A stretch of DNA of 64,000 nt, from assembly GCA_965243395.1 (NCBI GenBank), contig CBDEUS010000002.1, positions 192,001 to 256,000 on the forward strand. The letters are read 5' to 3'. The stretch comes from Gammaproteobacteria bacterium (GTDB lineage: Bacteria > Pseudomonadota > Gammaproteobacteria > UBA4575). Every line of letters starts with the position of its first letter. The stretch's first letter is position 1. The position numbers were made by a program, and so were the translations under genes. The notes under the pieces were generated by a model. It worked only from the letters and a program-made list of their open reading frames with translations. It ran no database searches and was not told where the DNA came from. Shown one piece after another: positions 1 through 10,094 of the stretch.

Positions 1-429
1 TTTGACTGAAATTTTCTTAGGCAATGCCTTTTCTTTTTTGGGTATATGCAACTTCAATACACCGTGTTCCGTTTTTGCTGATATGTTCTCCGCATCGGCA
101 GTATCTGGCAGCGTAAAGCGTCGATAAAAACTGCCGTAACTACGTTCAGTGCGGGTATAGCCTTCACCCTCATCTTTAGATTCGGTCTTGCGCTCTCCCT
201 TAACAGTGAGTACGCCATCTTCTAATGAAACATCAATATCTTTCGGCTCCACACCGGGAACATCTGCAGCGACTTCATAGGCATCCTTACCTTCTTTGAT
301 GTCGACACTCGGCACCCAATCGGTTGCCGTATCGATATATCCTGCAGCATTGTTATTAAAAAAACGATCTAACTCTCCGCGAAACTCACGAAAAGTATCC
401 ATAGGGTCTCGATAAACTCTTGTAAGCAT
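1..429 (-). CDS. Small heat-shock protein Hsp20/alpha-crystallin family (C-terminus runs off the window edge)
   Basis: Not in the ORF track. My translation is MLTRVYRDPMDTFREFRGELDRFF...WVPSVDIKE...ADVPGVEPKDIDVSLEDGVLTVKGER...ERSYGSFYRRFTLP...HGVLKLHIPK. GGAGG RBS upstream. Confidence 0.93.
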   Translation of the reverse strand, partial: MLTRVYRDPMDTFREFRGELDRFFNNNAAGYIDTATDWVPSVDIKEGKDAYEVAADVPGVEPKDIDVSLEDGVLTVKGERKTESKDEGEGYTRTERSYGSFYRRFTLPDTADAENISAKTEHGVLKLHIPKKEKALPKKISVK

Positions 430-474
430 AATTTGCCTCCATAGAAATAAACAATTAACTTTTATGTTTATTGA

Positions 475-500
475 ATATGGGCGGTTTTTGCTATTTCAAG
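475..500 (-). promoter_or_regulatory. Sigma32 (RpoH) heat-shock promoter for the Hsp20 gene
   Basis: Minus strand reads CTTGAAA-tagcaaaaacc-GCCCATAT, close to the CTTGAAA...CCCCATNT consensus, directly upstream of a sHSP gene. Confidence 0.75.
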
Positions 501-550
501 GGCAATATTTAATAAATTTTGTCTTTAGAAAGATAGAAAAACGACCACTA

Positions 551-1057
551 CTAAGTGGCTTCAAACTGTGCGGCCGCACGGTTTTTCTGCACCGAATCGG
601 GGGTAAAAATCTGTCCGTTCATGGCCAAATATACGCCATGAGGAAGATGCTGGGCTGCAGCTATTGCGTAACCGATATTAAAGATCGCATCCGTATTGCG
701 AAACCGAGCCGGCTGCATAGCGCCTGTTAAAACAATTGTTTTATCTTTTATTTCTTCTAAGCGCTGTGCGGTATTAATCATGGTGTCTGTACCATGAGTA
801 ATGAGTATATTTTCACAGGACTCCGCAGCGACATGCTGAAAGATTTGTTCTCGATCTTCATCAGTGATTTCCAAGCTGTCTTTTTTCAATATAGAGTCCA
901 CTGCAAAAGAAAACTTCGCCAAACCTTCATTTAAAATATTCTCTACAACAGGATTACCAATTTGATAATCGCTCAAAGCATCAAAATACACTTTATCAAT
1001 TGTACCTCCGGTACAAAAGATTTTAACTTGATGTTTTTGTACATGTTCTTCAGACAT
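551..1057 (-). CDS. Asparaginase N-terminal-domain protein (single-domain form)
   Basis: TGGTIDK and THGTDTM asparaginase motifs; 168 aa. Confidence 0.85.
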   Translation of the reverse strand: MSEEHVQKHQVKIFCTGGTIDKVYFDALSDYQIGNPVVENILNEGLAKFSFAVDSILKKDSLEITDEDREQIFQHVAAESCENILITHGTDTMINTAQRLEEIKDKTIVLTGAMQPARFRNTDAIFNIGYAIAAAQHLPHGVYLAMNGQIFTPDSVQKNRAAAQFEAT

Positions 1058-1072
1058 ATTTATACCTGTTAT

Positions 1073-1939
1073 TTACTCAATATTTTGTACTTGTTCGCGC
1101 ATCTGCTCAATTAGTACTTTTAAATCCACAGCGGCTTGTGTCGTTTCAATATCTGCAGACTTTGAAGCTAAGGTGTTCGCTTCACGATTAAATTCTTGCA
1201 TTAAAAAATCTAAACGTCTGCCTATTGGATCTTTACGCTCGAAAACAGATTGCATTTCTGCAAGATGACTCTCTAATCGATCAAGTTCTTCCGCAATATC
1301 CAGTTTTTGCGATACGTAGACCAGCTCTTGCTCAAAACGTTGTTGGTCAAATTCAATTTTCAACTCATCAATACGTTGTTGTTGTTTTTGCTTTAACTCC
1401 TCCAGTACCTTTGGATAACGCTTACGCACTTGTATCACAATACTGCTAATTTGTTCGCAACGCTCTTGCAACATTGTTTTTAACCTTGCTCCTTCAGTAC
1501 GGCGCATCTCTAACAATTGCTGTGTTGCTGAATTGAATAATTCTAAACATTTCGCATCAAAATTTTGCATATCTGTTTCTGCAGTAGACACAACTCCCGG
1601 CCAAGCAAGAAGGTCAATTGCTTTAGCAGGCGTTGCTTGAGGGAGTTTCTCATTAACATAGTGAACCTGCTTTAACAGACTTTCTAACAGTGACTCATTC
1701 AGCTCTAGTGCAGCAGCTTGTGACTCAGAAAGTTGATAGCGAAAGGTGCAATCCACTTTTCCACGTGCCAAATGTTTTTGTAGGTATTGCCGCAATTGAG
1801 GTTCAAGTCGCCGCACTTCTTCAGGAAGACGGAAATTAATCTCTAAATAACGATGATTGACCGAGCGCAGTTCCCAACTGATGTTCCCTTGATCACAAAC
1901 ATCTTCCATTCTTGCAAATCCCGTCATACTGCAAAGCAT
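1073..1939 (-). CDS. yicC: YicC/YloC family endoribonuclease
   Basis: SMTGF start, RSVNHRYLE, GRRLDFLMQEFNREANT and EQMREQVQNIE end; divergent from rph as usual. Confidence 0.95.
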   Translation of the reverse strand: MLCSMTGFARMEDVCDQGNISWELRSVNHRYLEINFRLPEEVRRLEPQLRQYLQKHLARGKVDCTFRYQLSESQAAALELNESLLESLLKQVHYVNEKLPQATPAKAIDLLAWPGVVSTAETDMQNFDAKCLELFNSATQQLLEMRRTEGARLKTMLQERCEQISSIVIQVRKRYPKVLEELKQKQQQRIDELKIEFDQQRFEQELVYVSQKLDIAEELDRLESHLAEMQSVFERKDPIGRRLDFLMQEFNREANTLASKSADIETTQAAVDLKVLIEQMREQVQNIE

Positions 1940-2074
1940 CGTATTAGTCCTTATTTATCTTTTATTTGATTATTCTCTACTTTGAAAACTATCTAAGCAT
2001 ACCGTTACAGTGAAATGTAATGAAATTTTTTGCGTATAATGCGCGACTCTTAATCATTGCACCAGGTAGATTTT

Positions 2075-2803
2075 ATGAGTTCTTATAACCGTCCTAGTGG
2101 GCGTAATGCAGATCAATTGCGTAATGTTCAGTTTACCCGCAACTATACCAAGCATGCCGAAGGTTCAGTATTAGCCGAATTCGGTGATACAAAAGTCTTG
2201 TGCACGGCTAGTGTAACGGATCAGGTGCCCAAATTTCTCAAGGGCCAGAATCAGGGCTGGGTGACAGCAGAATATGGAATGCTACCCCGCTCTACCAACA
2301 GTCGCATGTCTCGAGAAGCAGCACGCGGCAAACAAGGAGGGCGTACTCTTGAAATCCAACGTTTAATTGGTCGCTCATTACGTGCCGCAATCGATCTTAA
2401 ACAATTGGGTGAATATTCCATTACGATTGACTGTGACGTAATCCAAGCAGATGGCGGAACACGCACGACCTCTATTTCTGGTGGATTTATTGCATTAAGT
2501 GATGCCATACAGGGTATGTTGACAAAAGGTGAACTCGATACTAATCCCATTACCCATAATGTGGCTGCTATTTCAGTTGGGATTCTCGAAAATACACCTG
2601 TGTTGGATTTAGATTATGCAGAAGACTGCACAGCAGAAACGGACATGAATATTGTTATGAATGACCAACTCGCCTTTATCGAAATACAAGGTACTGCCGA
2701 ACAAGAAGCTTTCTCGAAAGATGAATTATCCAGTTTATTAGCACTCGGCAATAAAGGTATTCAGGAAATTATTCAACATCAGAAAACTTGTTTACAGATG
2801 TAG
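2075..2803 (+). CDS. rph: Ribonuclease PH
   Basis: [27 protein letters not shown] and [14 protein letters not shown] at 2075 is preferred over TTG at 2057. Confidence 0.97.
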   Translation: MSSYNRPSGRNADQLRNVQFTRNYTKHAEGSVLAEFGDTKVLCTASVTDQVPKFLKGQNQGWVTAEYGMLPRSTNSRMSREAARGKQGGRTLEIQRLIGRSLRAAIDLKQLGEYSITIDCDVIQADGGTRTTSISGGFIALSDAIQGMLTKGELDTNPITHNVAAISVGILENTPVLDLDYAEDCTAETDMNIVMNDQLAFIEIQGTAEQEAFSKDELSSLLALGNKGIQEIIQHQKTCLQM

Positions 2804-2806
2804 AAC

Positions 2807-3412
2807 ATGTCGAACAAGAATGCACCGGAAAAAATCGTCTTAGCCAGCAGTAACTCTGGAAAATTAAGAGAAATCCAGGCAGTTTTAAATCAGCAACGCT
2901 ATCAATTAATTAAACAATCTGAATTCAATGTGCCGGATGTTGCTGAAACCGGTACTACCTTCGTTGAAAATGCCATTATCAAAGCACGTCATGCCGCTCA
3001 ATTAACAGGGCTACCTGCACTAGCCGATGACTCAGGAATTGAAGTAGATGCTCTAAACGGCGCGCCTGGAGTTTATAGCGCCCGTTATGCCGGCCAGCAT
3101 GGAGAAAACGATGCGAATAACGCCAAACTACTGCAGGAGTTAAAAGGTGTAGACGATGATCAGCGCACCGCTCGCTTCCAATGTGTGATTATTTATATGC
3201 GCCATGCACAAGACCCTATGCCACTGATATGCGAAGGCACTTGGGATGGAAGAATTTTACACAAACCTAGTGGCGTGAACGGATTCGGTTATGACCCTTT
3301 ATTCTTTGTTCCCACACATGGCTGCTCTTCTGCTGATTTAGATCCAGCGGAAAAAAATAAGATCAGTCATCGTGCTCAAGCCTTACAAAAATTGATTGTC
3401 GCACTGAACTAA
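2807..3412 (+). CDS. rdgB: dITP/XTP pyrophosphatase (HAM1 family)
   Basis: ADDSG, GAPGVYSARYA, GFGYDPLF and KNKISHR. Confidence 0.96.
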   Translation: MSNKNAPEKIVLASSNSGKLREIQAVLNQQRYQLIKQSEFNVPDVAETGTTFVENAIIKARHAAQLTGLPALADDSGIEVDALNGAPGVYSARYAGQHGENDANNAKLLQELKGVDDDQRTARFQCVIIYMRHAQDPMPLICEGTWDGRILHKPSGVNGFGYDPLFFVPTHGCSSADLDPAEKNKISHRAQALQKLIVALN

Positions 3413-3416
3413 CATT

Positions 3417-4607
3417 TTGCGGTTTATCGTGTCTGAAACAAACCAATCAATTCCTCTTTCACTTTATATTCATCTACCTTGGTGTATCAAAAAATGTCCT
3501 TATTGTGATTTTAATTCGCACGAAATAAAAAATAATGTTCCTGAGGAACAATATATCAATGCATTGATAGCAGATTTGAAACGTTACATTAAATATGTAC
3601 AAGACCGAAAAATAGTCAGTATATTTATAGGTGGCGGGACTCCAAGTATATTTTCAGCGCAAAGCGTTCAAAGGTTATTGAACTCAATCAAAGAACTAAT
3701 TTCTTTTAAGGAAAATATTGAAATCACTATTGAAGCCAATCCAGGCACAATGGATCAAGAAAACTTTATAGGTTTTCGTGAAGCAGGAGTGAATCGCATT
3801 TCAATCGGGGCCCAAAGTTTTGCTAATCAACAACTGCAAAAATTAGGGCGTATTCATAATTCACAAGATGCAATTAACAGTGTGCAAGCCGCAAGGCAAG
3901 CAGGCTTTGAAAATATAAACATCGATTTAATGTATGCGCTACCTAAACAGACTCTGCAAGCTGCAATGGAAGATCTGGAAATAGCAATTTCACTATCACC
4001 TAGCCACATTTCTTATTATCAACTCACATTAGAACCGAATACGCATTTTTATCGCCAACCCCCTCAGCTCCCTGATTCACAAACCAGTTGGGATATTCAG
4101 CAAGCCGGAATGAATTTACTATCACAAAACGATTACATTCAATATGAAGTTTCAGCTTATGCTAAAGAAAAAAAAGAATGTGTGCACAATAAAAACTATT
4201 GGCAATTTGGCGATTATCTAGGAATCGGCGCAGGTGCACATCAAAAAATAAGTTTAAGTGTACCTAATACAATCGTTCGCTGTGAAAAACCCAAACATCC
4301 GCAACAATATATTCATACCATCGAGGATGAATACAAAATAATCCAAATAAATACGTTAAACAAACAAGATATTGTTTTTGAATTTTTGCTGAACACCTTA
4401 CGTTTAAAACATGGCTTTACTGAGCGACTGTTCAACTTACATACGGGTTTAGCAATACAGACTGTTCATAAAAAATTACAGACCCAAGCAGAAGAAGGTT
4501 TACTGATAATAGACAATAACGGGATTCGTTGTAGTGAACGCGGATATCGCTTTCTAGACAATATTTTGCAAAATTGGCTACCTGAAGCCCAAGATTATGC
4601 AGCTTAG
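3417..4607 (+). CDS. hemW: Radical SAM heme chaperone HemW
   Basis: LYIHLPWCIKKCPYCDFNS, GGGTPS and HNKNYW; follows rdgB. The start may be GTG at 3429. Confidence 0.93.
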   Translation: MRFIVSETNQSIPLSLYIHLPWCIKKCPYCDFNSHEIKNNVPEEQYINALIADLKRYIKYVQDRKIVSIFIGGGTPSIFSAQSVQRLLNSIKELISFKENIEITIEANPGTMDQENFIGFREAGVNRISIGAQSFANQQLQKLGRIHNSQDAINSVQAARQAGFENINIDLMYALPKQTLQAAMEDLEIAISLSPSHISYYQLTLEPNTHFYRQPPQLPDSQTSWDIQQAGMNLLSQNDYIQYEVSAYAKEKKECVHNKNYWQFGDYLGIGAGAHQKISLSVPNTIVRCEKPKHPQQYIHTIEDEYKIIQINTLNKQDIVFEFLLNTLRLKHGFTERLFNLHTGLAIQTVHKKLQTQAEEGLLIIDNNGIRCSERGYRFLDNILQNWLPEAQDYAA

Positions 4608-4688
4608 CGGTAAATCACCTAGATCTTGCCATATCTAAAACATAATTTAGCTATATACTTATCCTATATTGATTAGTAGGAGTGCCTT

Positions 4689-6557
4689 ATGCCAAAACAA
4701 CCTCTACTATTGATCTCGTTATTGCTAATCGTTGTTGGAACTGCGGGCTATGGTTTGGGCCATTATATTGCTCGTCACGACAGCAGTGATGTATTTACCC
4801 AAAAGCCCACCTCACCAACGATTGCCTCGGGGACTATGACTATTGAAGCTGCTCAATTACAGCGTCAAGATCATTACCAAAACGTAAACAGCATTCCAGA
4901 AATATTATCTTTACCTTCTTTATTCGCACAAAATGAAGCTTTGTATGCGGTTGCTGGGCGGGCAAATAAATTACTACTACTAAAGTTGCTAAAAGAAACT
5001 GCAGGTGTCGGTAATACACAGCAACGAAATAGCTTTATGCAAATTTTAGTTGCACGCTTAACAGAAGTTGATCCCCAAAGTGCAGCGAACATCGCAATTG
5101 ATGCATACAAGAACAATAATTATTCACTGGTACATGATGTATTTAAAAACTGGGCAAAACTTGATGCAGATGCAGCTGTGAAACGGGCAAACCGTATTGA
5201 AGAACAAAATTTAAAAGCATCTGCGTCACAAGGTATTTTATCTGCAATCGATGTAAATAATGTGGCACTCAGAATCGAATTGTCAGAAAGTTTGGGCATG
5301 CAAACTAGTGAACAACAATATGTAAGTGATGCGTTAATTGAAAAAGGTGTACAAGATCCCGAGTCTGCAATACAAGAAGCATTACTTATGCCACGTGGAT
5401 ATGAACGTGAAAATGCAATGCTGGGTATCATCGATTCTTGGGCCGCAGAAAACCCTGAATTGGCATTTGAATTTACGCAACGTGTTAATGACAAATTAAT
5501 ACAACAGCGCTTGCAAGAAGCCGTTCTTTATCGTTGGGCGGAATCCGATCCACAAACTGCATATGAAGTGATGCAATCACTACCGCATGGAAATATTTCT
5601 AATATTAGTTATAGCGTATTTACAAACATAGCTAATCAAGATCCGAGAGATGCTTTAGCATTTATTGAAAATATTCATTCTTCTCGTAGCCGAAGTGATG
5701 CATATAGTGCGACAGTAACAGCATGGGCTGCAAAAGATGCAGAAGCCGCTGCAAGTTATGTTGCTCAGCTTGATAATAAACAGCTTAAGCAAAAATTAGC
5801 GCCCACTGTTGTGCAATATTTAAGTGAGCAATCTCCTGAAGACGCGTTGATTTGGGCAAGAGAAATGGATCCCGGTGGACAGCTTTATTTACAAGATACC
5901 GTAATAGGGCAAATTGCGGCACAAAACCCAGATCGTGCTTTCCAAATTGCACAAACAGCACAACAGACTACTATGCGTCAGCAACTAAGCCTTGCAGTCA
6001 TCAACACACTTGCATATTCCGACCCTGTGAGGGCTGCTGAATTAATTGATCAATTGCCTAGTAATGAAGTAAATAGTGAACTGGTTAATTCTGTGATCTA
6101 TGGTTGGGGTAACAGTGATCCTGAATCTGCAATGGCGTGGTTGAATAGCAAAAGCGGCTCATTGCGTGAGGATGGTTTAATCAGCTTGGGCAGCCAACTT
6201 GCAAGCGTAGACCCAGACATGGCTGCGAGTTATCTGCCACAACTCAATGGTGAAGTGAGAAACAGTTGGGCAGAAAATATTACTTACTACTATGCATCTT
6301 ATGATTTAAATGAAGCCGCTACATGGGTAGAGAATTTTCGAGGTGAATCTGTTTATGCTGATTTACTCACCGCCGTTGTAAGCAGTGCCGCTAATACAGA
6401 CGTCGATTATGCAATAGAGCTTGCGCAAAATATGCCAAGTGTAGAAAAACGCAATGCTTTAATCCGGCAAATTGCGGACCAAATTTCTTACAGCTACCCG
6501 CAACGTGCCGAACAACTTTATGCGCGCTTACCTCCTGATGAAGCTCCTGAAGGCTGA
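4689..6557 (+). CDS. Membrane-anchored helical-repeat hypothetical protein
   Basis: N-terminal hydrophobic segment, then about 15 repeats of ~31-32 aa with a W/h-A-x-x-D-P-x-x-A core. AGGAG RBS. Confidence 0.8.
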   Translation: MPKQPLLLISLLLIVVGTAGYGLGHYIARHDSSDVFTQKPTSPTIASGTMTIEAAQLQRQDHYQNVNSIPEILSLPSLFAQNEALYAVAGRANKLLLLKLLKETAGVGNTQQRNSFMQILVARLTEVDPQSAANIAIDAYKNNNYSLVHDVFKNWAKLDADAAVKRANRIEEQNLKASASQGILSAIDVNNVALRIELSESLGMQTSEQQYVSDALIEKGVQDPESAIQEALLMPRGYERENAMLGIIDSWAAENPELAFEFTQRVNDKLIQQRLQEAVLYRWAESDPQTAYEVMQSLPHGNISNISYSVFTNIANQDPRDALAFIENIHSSRSRSDAYSATVTAWAAKDAEAAASYVAQLDNKQLKQKLAPTVVQYLSEQSPEDALIWAREMDPGGQLYLQDTVIGQIAAQNPDRAFQIAQTAQQTTMRQQLSLAVINTLAYSDPVRAAELIDQLPSNEVNSELVNSVIYGWGNSDPESAMAWLNSKSGSLREDGLISLGSQLASVDPDMAASYLPQLNGEVRNSWAENITYYYASYDLNEAATWVENFRGESVYADLLTAVVSSAANTDVDYAIELAQNMPSVEKRNALIRQIADQISYSYPQRAEQLYARLPPDEAPEG

Positions 6558-6562
6558 TTTCA

Positions 6563-6763
6563 TTGATAAGCAATGTTCTCAGTAGCTCATTTATATCCTG
6601 CCCATACTGTGGTGAAACTTTGGAAATTTTGGTAGACGGTAGTGCCGGAAGCCAAAGCTATATTGAAGACTGCCAGGTTTGTTGTGCGCCTATTGAAATT
6701 ACGATAACCATGAGTGAAACGGGTGAAATTGTTGAAATCCTGGCCCAATCCGACTCTGACTGA
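6563..6763 (+). CDS. CPXCG-motif cysteine-rich small protein
   Basis: CPYCGE...YIEDCQVCC, the signature of the family. Confidence 0.85.
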   Translation: MISNVLSSSFISCPYCGETLEILVDGSAGSQSYIEDCQVCCAPIEITITMSETGEIVEILAQSDSD

Positions 6764-6817
6764 CATCCAGGTAAAAAATCCCCTGTACAACCCTATATTT
6801 CGTACTTTGTAGCGAGG

Positions 6818-7028
6818 TTATGCACAAGCGTTGTAAAAACGTCACTGACAACGGCTTTGTTTGGTCATTAATTCAACAATTTATAGACTCTGGACATAAC
6901 TCTAATAAAAACAACAATTTAAATTCTTGTATATTTTTTGGGCGATTTAACAAAAATGCAAAATTTCCCGAGTTTTGCCGCTAGACTTTAAAAATGTACA
7001 CAGTTTTATCCACAGATTTTGTGGATAA
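6818..7028. promoter_or_regulatory. DnaA-box cluster with DARS-like core
   Basis: TTATGCACA 6818-6826, ATGTACACA 6994-7002, TTATCCACA 7006-7014 and TGTGGATAA 7020-7028. IHF-like ATTCAACAATTTA near 6871. Confidence 0.75.
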
Positions 7029-7187
7029 CTGATAAACCCCTACTTGGACAAAGACTTAAGCACACATCATCAAGAACCCTATTAAAAAATGAGACAAACT
7101 GACTGCCCATCTCGCATACTTGAGTTGCGGTAGCGGGTTGCGTATGATCCGCGAGCTCTTATGAGAAACATCTAGATTTAGGCAATT

Positions 7188-7397
7188 ATGAAACCTGATA
7201 TTCATCCGAAATACCAAGAAGTGAACGTAACCTGTAGCTGTGGGAATACCTTCACTACTCGCTCTACGTACGGTAATGAGTCAATGAGTATAGATGTTTG
7301 TTCCCAGTGTCATCCTTTCTTCACAGGTAAACAAAAAATCGTTGATACTGCTGGGCAAGTCGATAAATTCCGCAAACGCTACGGCAAGAAAAGTTAG
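7188..7397 (+). CDS. rpmE: 50S ribosomal protein L31 (zinc-binding C+ form)
   Basis: MKPDIHPKY...CSCG...[15 protein letters not shown]. Confidence 0.98.
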   Translation: MKPDIHPKYQEVNVTCSCGNTFTTRSTYGNESMSIDVCSQCHPFFTGKQKIVDTAGQVDKFRKRYGKKS

Positions 7398-7549
7398 CCT
7401 CCAAATTCTCTTCCATCTCAAGTCGAGCATAAATCCGGCCTCAAACAATCTCTACTAAACACCCACTTGTATAGGGTTATAGCGCTATTGGAAGTTGGCT
7501 TAATGGCTAATCAAGGCTAGCATGTACATATATGTTAGAAGAAATATTC

Positions 7550-7578
7550 GAAACTTTAGGTCTCCATTCTACGTCAAA
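7550..7578 (+). promoter_or_regulatory. Putative sigmaE-type promoter for the M48 protease
   Basis: GAAACTT-N17-TCAAA. Confidence 0.4.
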
Positions 7579-7629
7579 CTGATGTAAGACTCTTCGCCTA
7601 AAGAATGATGAAATCATGATGAGGAAAAC

Positions 7630-9120
7630 ATGATGGCAAAACAATTCAAACTCTTCATACCTGGCTTAATACTAGCAATAAGTTTCCTATTTAGTGGTTG
7701 TGCCACCAACCCTGTAACGGGTAAGCAAGATTTTGCACTTATTTCAGAAGAAAAAGAAATCAAAATAGGCCAACGCGAACACCAAAACATACTTAAACAA
7801 TTTAAAAAACTAGAAAACCCCGGTTTACAAAATTATGTGGAAGGACTTGTCCAAGAACTTGCAAGTAAAAGCCATCGCAGTAATCTAGATTTTCATGTGA
7901 CAGTTCTTGATAGCCCAGATATCAATGCGTTTGCGTTACCCGGAGGTTATATATATATCACTAGGGGCATCATGGCCTATATGAATTCGGAAGCAGAATT
8001 AGCAGGTGTGCTTGGGCATGAGATCGGTCATGTAACAGCAAGACATGGAGTTAGACAACAAAGTGCAGGTCAAGCTGCTGGTGCAGCTGTAACAATTTTA
8101 GGAGCTGCTACCGCATGGATCACTAGGGACGGAAGAATAGCTAACGAAGTAGCTAATCAAGCCGGTAGAGGTAGCTTAGCTCTTATTAGAGGTTATGGTC
8201 GTAAACACGAACTTGAAGCAGATCGCCTCGGCGCTGAGTATTTAGCGAATGTGGGATATGACCCAGAAGAAATGATTAACGTTGTCGAGATTCTTAAGGA
8301 TCAGGAAGATTTTGATAAACAGTTAGCAAAAGAAGAAGGTCGTGAGCCACGTGCCTATCATGGCACTTTTTCAACTCACCCATCTAATGACTTACGTCTT
8401 CAAGAAGTTGTACGAGCAGCAAATAAGATTACAACTGCTTCAACAAGAGATGCCAACCGTGAAGAATTCTTGAAATACATGGACGGCATAGTGTTAGGTC
8501 ACAATGAGGCAGACGGAATACTTCATGCAAATAAGTTTTACCATAAAGACTTAGATTTATTTATTGAATTTCCCGAAAATTGGAGCATAAGAAATTTGCC
8601 CGATCGTTTAATTGCTCAGAATAAATCGGGCGATGCCCAATTACAAATTACACTACAACAGCTTAAATCTGGTCAATCGCCTAAACAATATTTAGAGGAA
8701 TTAACGAAGGGAAATATAAAAAATGGAGAAGCATTTAAAACCACCAGCTTCAATGGATACACAGGCCTTACTACTGTAAAAATTCAAGGTGGTTCTGTTC
8801 CTGCTCGCGTCGCAGCAATAGCAAGCGATCAAAAAGTTTACCAGGTAACAATAATAGCAAAGGATTCAAACGCTCTTAAAAGAAATGACGGTGCGACTTA
8901 TGCAATGTTAAGGAGTTTTCGAAATTTGAAGCGTAGTGATTTGAAGTTTGCTAGTGCAAAACGTTTAAAACTCGTACGTGTAAAAAAAGGCGATACATTT
9001 TCCTCTTTAGCAAAAAAATCGAATCTGTCACACCACCCTGTTGAACAACTACAATTACTAAATGGCATGTATCCTGACGGAGTGCTAAAAGAAGGCCAGC
9101 TTGTCAAAATTGTCCAATAA
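7630..9120 (+). CDS. M48 family metalloprotease lipoprotein with C-terminal LysM-like segment
   Basis: Lipobox FSGC, INAFALPGG, GHEIGH (HExxH), ELEAD and STHP; C-terminal VKKGDTFSSLA...LKEGQLVKI. Confidence 0.9.
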   Translation: MMAKQFKLFIPGLILAISFLFSGCATNPVTGKQDFALISEEKEIKIGQREHQNILKQFKKLENPGLQNYVEGLVQELASKSHRSNLDFHVTVLDSPDINAFALPGGYIYITRGIMAYMNSEAELAGVLGHEIGHVTARHGVRQQSAGQAAGAAVTILGAATAWITRDGRIANEVANQAGRGSLALIRGYGRKHELEADRLGAEYLANVGYDPEEMINVVEILKDQEDFDKQLAKEEGREPRAYHGTFSTHPSNDLRLQEVVRAANKITTASTRDANREEFLKYMDGIVLGHNEADGILHANKFYHKDLDLFIEFPENWSIRNLPDRLIAQNKSGDAQLQITLQQLKSGQSPKQYLEELTKGNIKNGEAFKTTSFNGYTGLTTVKIQGGSVPARVAAIASDQKVYQVTIIAKDSNALKRNDGATYAMLRSFRNLKRSDLKFASAKRLKLVRVKKGDTFSSLAKKSNLSHHPVEQLQLLNGMYPDGVLKEGQLVKIVQ

Positions 9121-9153
9121 ATTAGTTTCTTTTCTAACCAATTAAATGACAGC

Positions 9154-9183
9154 AAAGCGACTCTTTAGTAGAGTCGCTTTTTT
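9154..9183 (+). terminator. Rho-independent terminator
   Basis: AAAGCGACTCT-ttagt-AGAGTCGCTTT followed by a T run. Confidence 0.85.
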
Positions 9184-9202
9184 ATTTCCATAAGATAAAT
9201 CT

Positions 9203-10093
9203 GTGACTGATAACGTCTACCTTGTAGATTCAAGCATCTATGTGTTTCGTGCTTGGTTTACCGTTCCTGATCATGTTGTCAATAAGAATAATGAACCTGT
9301 AAATGCGGTATATGGTTTTGCTGATTTTGTATTTCAATTTTTACAGCAGGCTAAACCAAATTATGTAAGTTTTGCGTTTGATGAAAGCCTGCAATCCTCT
9401 TTTCGTAATGAAATTTATCCTGACTACAAAGCGAATCGTGATCCAGCTCCCGAAGAATTAAAACGTCAATTTAAGTATTGTCGCGAATTCATAGAAGCTT
9501 TGGGCATTTGCCAGATTGGAAGCCCTCATTATGAAGCGGATGACTTAATTGGCACTTTAGCAACTCGCATGCGCGACAAAGGCCATAAAATTACTATTAT
9601 TTCTTCGGATAAAGATCTGGCACAACTGATTACAGAAAATGACACATTTTGGAATTTTGCCAAAGGCCAACGGCATTCCATTCCACAAATAAAAAAGCAA
9701 TTTGGTGTGTATCCGTATCAAATTGCAGATCAGTTAGCGATTGCAGGAGATAGTGTAGACAACATTCCTGGGGTGCCTGGAATTGGCATGGCTACGGCAG
9801 CCAAATTATTAAATAAGTTTTCCAGTTTAGATGAATTGTTAGAAAACATTCAAAAAATAAGCGATATGAAAATTCGTGGTGCTAAACGCATTCAAAATTT
9901 AATCGACGAGCATCAGAAAGAGTTACTACTATATAGAAAGCTCACAGGCATAGAATGCAAAGCAAAACTGTCAGAAAATGTAAAATTAAAAAGAAAAAAA
10001 CCAGACTTCACGATGTTAAATGACCTGTTTGAGCAACTTGATTTTGGCGAGTTTCGTAAAGAAAAATGGATGAGGTTTTTGAAAGCTGCCTAA
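9203..10093 (+). CDS. Standalone 5'-3' exonuclease / flap endonuclease (Xni-like)
   Basis: YLVDSS, YKANR, EADDLIGT, SSDKDL and GDSVDNIPGVPGIG (H3TH); no polymerase domain. Confidence 0.9.
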   Translation: MTDNVYLVDSSIYVFRAWFTVPDHVVNKNNEPVNAVYGFADFVFQFLQQAKPNYVSFAFDESLQSSFRNEIYPDYKANRDPAPEELKRQFKYCREFIEALGICQIGSPHYEADDLIGTLATRMRDKGHKITIISSDKDLAQLITENDTFWNFAKGQRHSIPQIKKQFGVYPYQIADQLAIAGDSVDNIPGVPGIGMATAAKLLNKFSSLDELLENIQKISDMKIRGAKRIQNLIDEHQKELLLYRKLTGIECKAKLSENVKLKRKKPDFTMLNDLFEQLDFGEFRKEKWMRFLKAA

Positions 10094-10094
10094 A

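Noticed and set aside
464-730. 88-aa + strand ORF
   Set aside because: It overlaps the asparaginase gene antisense and the sigma32 promoter, and has no protein-like features.
6764-7187. oriC
   Set aside because: DnaA boxes are present, but there is no dnaA, gidA or rpmH context and no obvious DUE repeats. The triplet spacing fits a DARS core better. Not fully excluded without GC skew.
9203-10093. polA pseudogene or fragment
   Set aside because: It is an intact standalone 5'-3' exonuclease of normal length, and a complete polA is present at 42964-45705.
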